From assembly GCA_041752695.1 (NCBI GenBank), contig JBGSVZ010000012.1, positions 32,001 to 96,000 on the forward strand: DNA of 64,000 nucleotides, in the 5' to 3' direction. The position numbers were made by a program, and so were the translations under genes. The notes under the pieces are model-generated. The model worked only from the letters and a program-made list of their open reading frames with translations, searched no databases and was not told where the DNA came from. Of the stretch, positions 62,501 to 64,000 are shown one piece after another. The DNA comes from Terrimicrobiaceae bacterium (GTDB lineage: Bacteria; Verrucomicrobiota; Verrucomicrobiia; Chthoniobacterales; Terrimicrobiaceae). Position 1 is the stretch's first letter, and each line of letters starts with the position of its first letter.

Positions 62501-64000
62501 CCTGAGCGGCAGCGGCAAGTCCACCCTCGCCTTCGATATTCTTTTTGCGGAAGGCCAGCGGCGTTTCCTCGACAGCATGTCGGCCTACGCGCGGCAATTT
62601 GTTGATCAGCTCGAAAAGCCCGACGTCGATCTCATCGAGGGCCTTCCGCCCAGCGTGGCCATTGAACAACGGGTCACCCGCGGCGGCGGCAAGTCCACCG
62701 TGGCGACGGTCACGGAGATCTACCATTTCCTGCGTCTGCTTTTTTCGAAGCTCGGCACCCAGCATTGTCCCGATTGCGGCGTGGCGGTGGAAAAACAGAC
62801 CCTTTCCGCCATCACGACCATCGTGCAGGACATGGCGAAACGCGGCAAAGTCGCCGTCTTCGCTCCGCTGGTGAAAGCACGCAAGGGTTTCCACACCAAG
62901 ATCGCGCAGTGGGCCGAACGCCACGAAATCGATTTCCTTCTCGTGGATGGCAAGATCCTCCCCGTCACGAACTTTGCGAAACTCGAACGCTTTAAGGAAC
63001 ACACCATCGACGCCCTCGTTGGCGAGGTGGAAACCGCCAAGGACGTCACGGCCGTCGTCAAACGCGCCCTCGAACTCGGCAAAGGTTCCGCCAAGGTCCG
63101 CGACCACAAGGGCAAATTCCACATCCTCAGTTCGGAAATGAACTGCCCGGAATGCGCGCGCGCCTTTGAACCGCTTGACCCCCGCCTGTTCTCCTTTAAC
63201 TCACCCCACGGTTGGTGCGGACATTGCCGCGGTTTCGGTGTGGTTTGGACCGACTACAGTGCCAAGGAATTTGACTCCGTGCTCGAAGCGGAACTGGCCG
63301 AGGAACGCAGTCACGAAAACCTCGAGGACGGCGAATCGCGCCCGTGTCCGATTTGCAGCGGCACCCGCATCAATGAAGTCGCGCGCAATGTTTACCTTCA
63401 GGGGGAAACCATCACGAGTGTGGCCCAATCTTCGGCCGAAGATTCGCTCGCCCTGATCGGAAAATTCTCCTTCCGGGGCAGCCCCGCCGAGATCGCCAAG
63501 GACATCATCACCGAAATCTCGCAGCGCCTGCGTTTCCTCAGTCAGGTCGGCCTGAACTACCTCACCCTCGACCGCGCGGCGAACACGCTGAGCGGCGGCG
63601 AATCCCAGCGCATCCGCCTCGCCGCCCAGCTTGGATCCAACCTTCGCGGCGTGCTCTACGTCCTGGACGAACCGACCATCGGCCTGCACGCGCGCGACAA
63701 CTCGCGCCTGCTCGATGCCCTGGAGTTGCTGGCCAAAAACGGGAACTCGCTGGTCATTGTCGAACACGACGACGAGACCATGCGCCGCGCCGACCACATT
63801 ATTGACCTCGGTCCGCGCGCCGGCAGCCGGGGCGGCGAGATCGTCGCCAGCGGGTCGTTCCAGGATATTCTGGCGAACAAAAATTCCCTCACCGGCCAGT
63901 GTCTCAAGAAGCCGATGGCTCATCCGTCACGCGGCGAACGTCGCCCGCTCGACACCCCGTGGGTCGAACTCACCGGCGCCAGCCTGCACAACCTGCAAAA
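59571..64000 (+). CDS. uvrA: Excinuclease ABC subunit A, double-length form (partial)
   Basis: Not in ORF track (no stop). GTG 59571 GARQNNL..GPSGSGKSSLAFDT; second in-frame unit GAREHNL..GLSGSGKSTLAFDI from about 62415. Confidence 0.95.
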   Translation, partial: MSSFIRVLGARQNNLQGIDLDLPLGQFIVVTGPSGSGKSSLAFDTLYAEGQRRYVETFSPYTRQFMERMDKPKADLIEGIPPAIAIEQANNVRTTRSTVGTITEINDYLKLFFPRAAKAFCPECEREIRTETPGSIVDHILAEWPGEQVLVTFGIPVPPKTKPKDFFDFLRQQGYLRVWLNGAAIRTDEPPKITRLPALVPVIQDRITVAAPERTRLAEAVESALRFGQGKITVHQPTTGAHHPYSSGWHCPHCDLTIRPPSPGLFTFNNPLGACPECKGFGRIIGIDWNRVMPDKSLSIAAGVVKPFQSGQSKDCQVDLIKAAARKDVDIHCPFEELPKADQNWVINGEGDPDVSGEELWQHGQWYGLKGFFKWLEAKVYKMHIRVLLSRYRSYQPCPGCKGGRFQPEALNYRLEPAHKTLPDIAGTPVRDLQAALENVVLPTGDPSAILLRDQILSRVRFLNLVGLGYLSLDRPTRTLSGGEIERVNLTTCLGASLVNTLFVMDEPSVGLHPRDTAQLVKVMHALRDKGNTLVVVEHEEAIIRAADHLVDIGPGRGSHGGKLMYNGPAKDITNSLTADYLSGKKSIVIPEKRREPENFLTLKGIRHHNLDNIDVEIPLNVFCCITGVSGSGKSSLIHDVLYRNLAGEAPDEHDAPGHCRSIRGDEDLGDIVMVDQSPLARSPRSTPAVYTGVYDGIREMYGTHKDSLAAGLSPSSFSFNAGDGRCERCAGLGYEKVEMQFLSDLYLRCPECEGKRFRPHVLQIKIRDKSIHDILEMTALEALEFFKASPRLTAPLQLLADVGLDYLRLGQPVNALSGGESQRLKLAAHLAEKREDGALLIFDEPTTGLHFDDVAQLLKVFQRLVDEGNSIIVIEHNLEVIKSADWLVDLGPEAGDQGGKVVAVGTPEDVAKCPESLTGQFLASFLKGGRSKIQPSKPKAPKPDTINAIRIVGAREHNLKNISVDIPREKMVVVTGLSGSGKSTLAFDILFAEGQRRFLDSMSAYARQFVDQLEKPDVDLIEGLPPSVAIEQRVTRGGGKSTVATVTEIYHFLRLLFSKLGTQHCPDCGVAVEKQTLSAITTIVQDMAKRGKVAVFAPLVKARKGFHTKIAQWAERHEIDFLLVDGKILPVTNFAKLERFKEHTIDALVGEVETAKDVTAVVKRALELGKGSAKVRDHKGKFHILSSEMNCPECARAFEPLDPRLFSFNSPHGWCGHCRGFGVVWTDYSAKEFDSVLEAELAEERSHENLEDGESRPCPICSGTRINEVARNVYLQGETITSVAQSSAEDSLALIGKFSFRGSPAEIAKDIITEISQRLRFLSQVGLNYLTLDRAANTLSGGESQRIRLAAQLGSNLRGVLYVLDEPTIGLHARDNSRLLDALELLAKNGNSLVIVEHDDETMRRADHIIDLGPRAGSRGGEIVASGSFQDILANKNSLTGQCLKKPMAHPSRGERRPLDTPWVELTGASLHNLQ

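Overview
GC-rich bacterial chromosomal segment. Gene content and protein styles point to the PVC superphylum, most likely Verrucomicrobia; this is inference, no search was run. Bases 1-6.7 kb hold the distal S10 plus spc ribosomal cluster (rpsC to secY, minus strand). It lacks rpsN and rpmD and is broken upstream of rpsC, which has its own putative promoter and structured leader. The rest is mostly housekeeping: rpsU, a P1B ATPase, korAB, a Tat-exported SOD, ogt-like, family-B DNA polymerase, cysE, cysteine desulfurase, acs, hisD, folP-cdaA-glmM, ald, proA, bioD, malQ, HU and a double-length uvrA. Accessory content includes a VapBC pair, decayed gene remnants and dispersed REP-like palindromes. 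The standout is a 1296-aa secreted protein fusing an AA10 LPMO, two CBM2, Calx-beta, a GH9 cellulase and CBM3. It is divergent from a LytS/LytTR pair, with a 21-bp-spaced direct repeat between them. Other notable items are a SprT protease with a clamp-binding-like motif, a LysM L,D-transpeptidase lacking its catalytic Cys, a mini-CdaR, and a kinase-OB-fold fusion. All calls come from motif recognition by eye, and several start codons were re-chosen relative to the ORF track.
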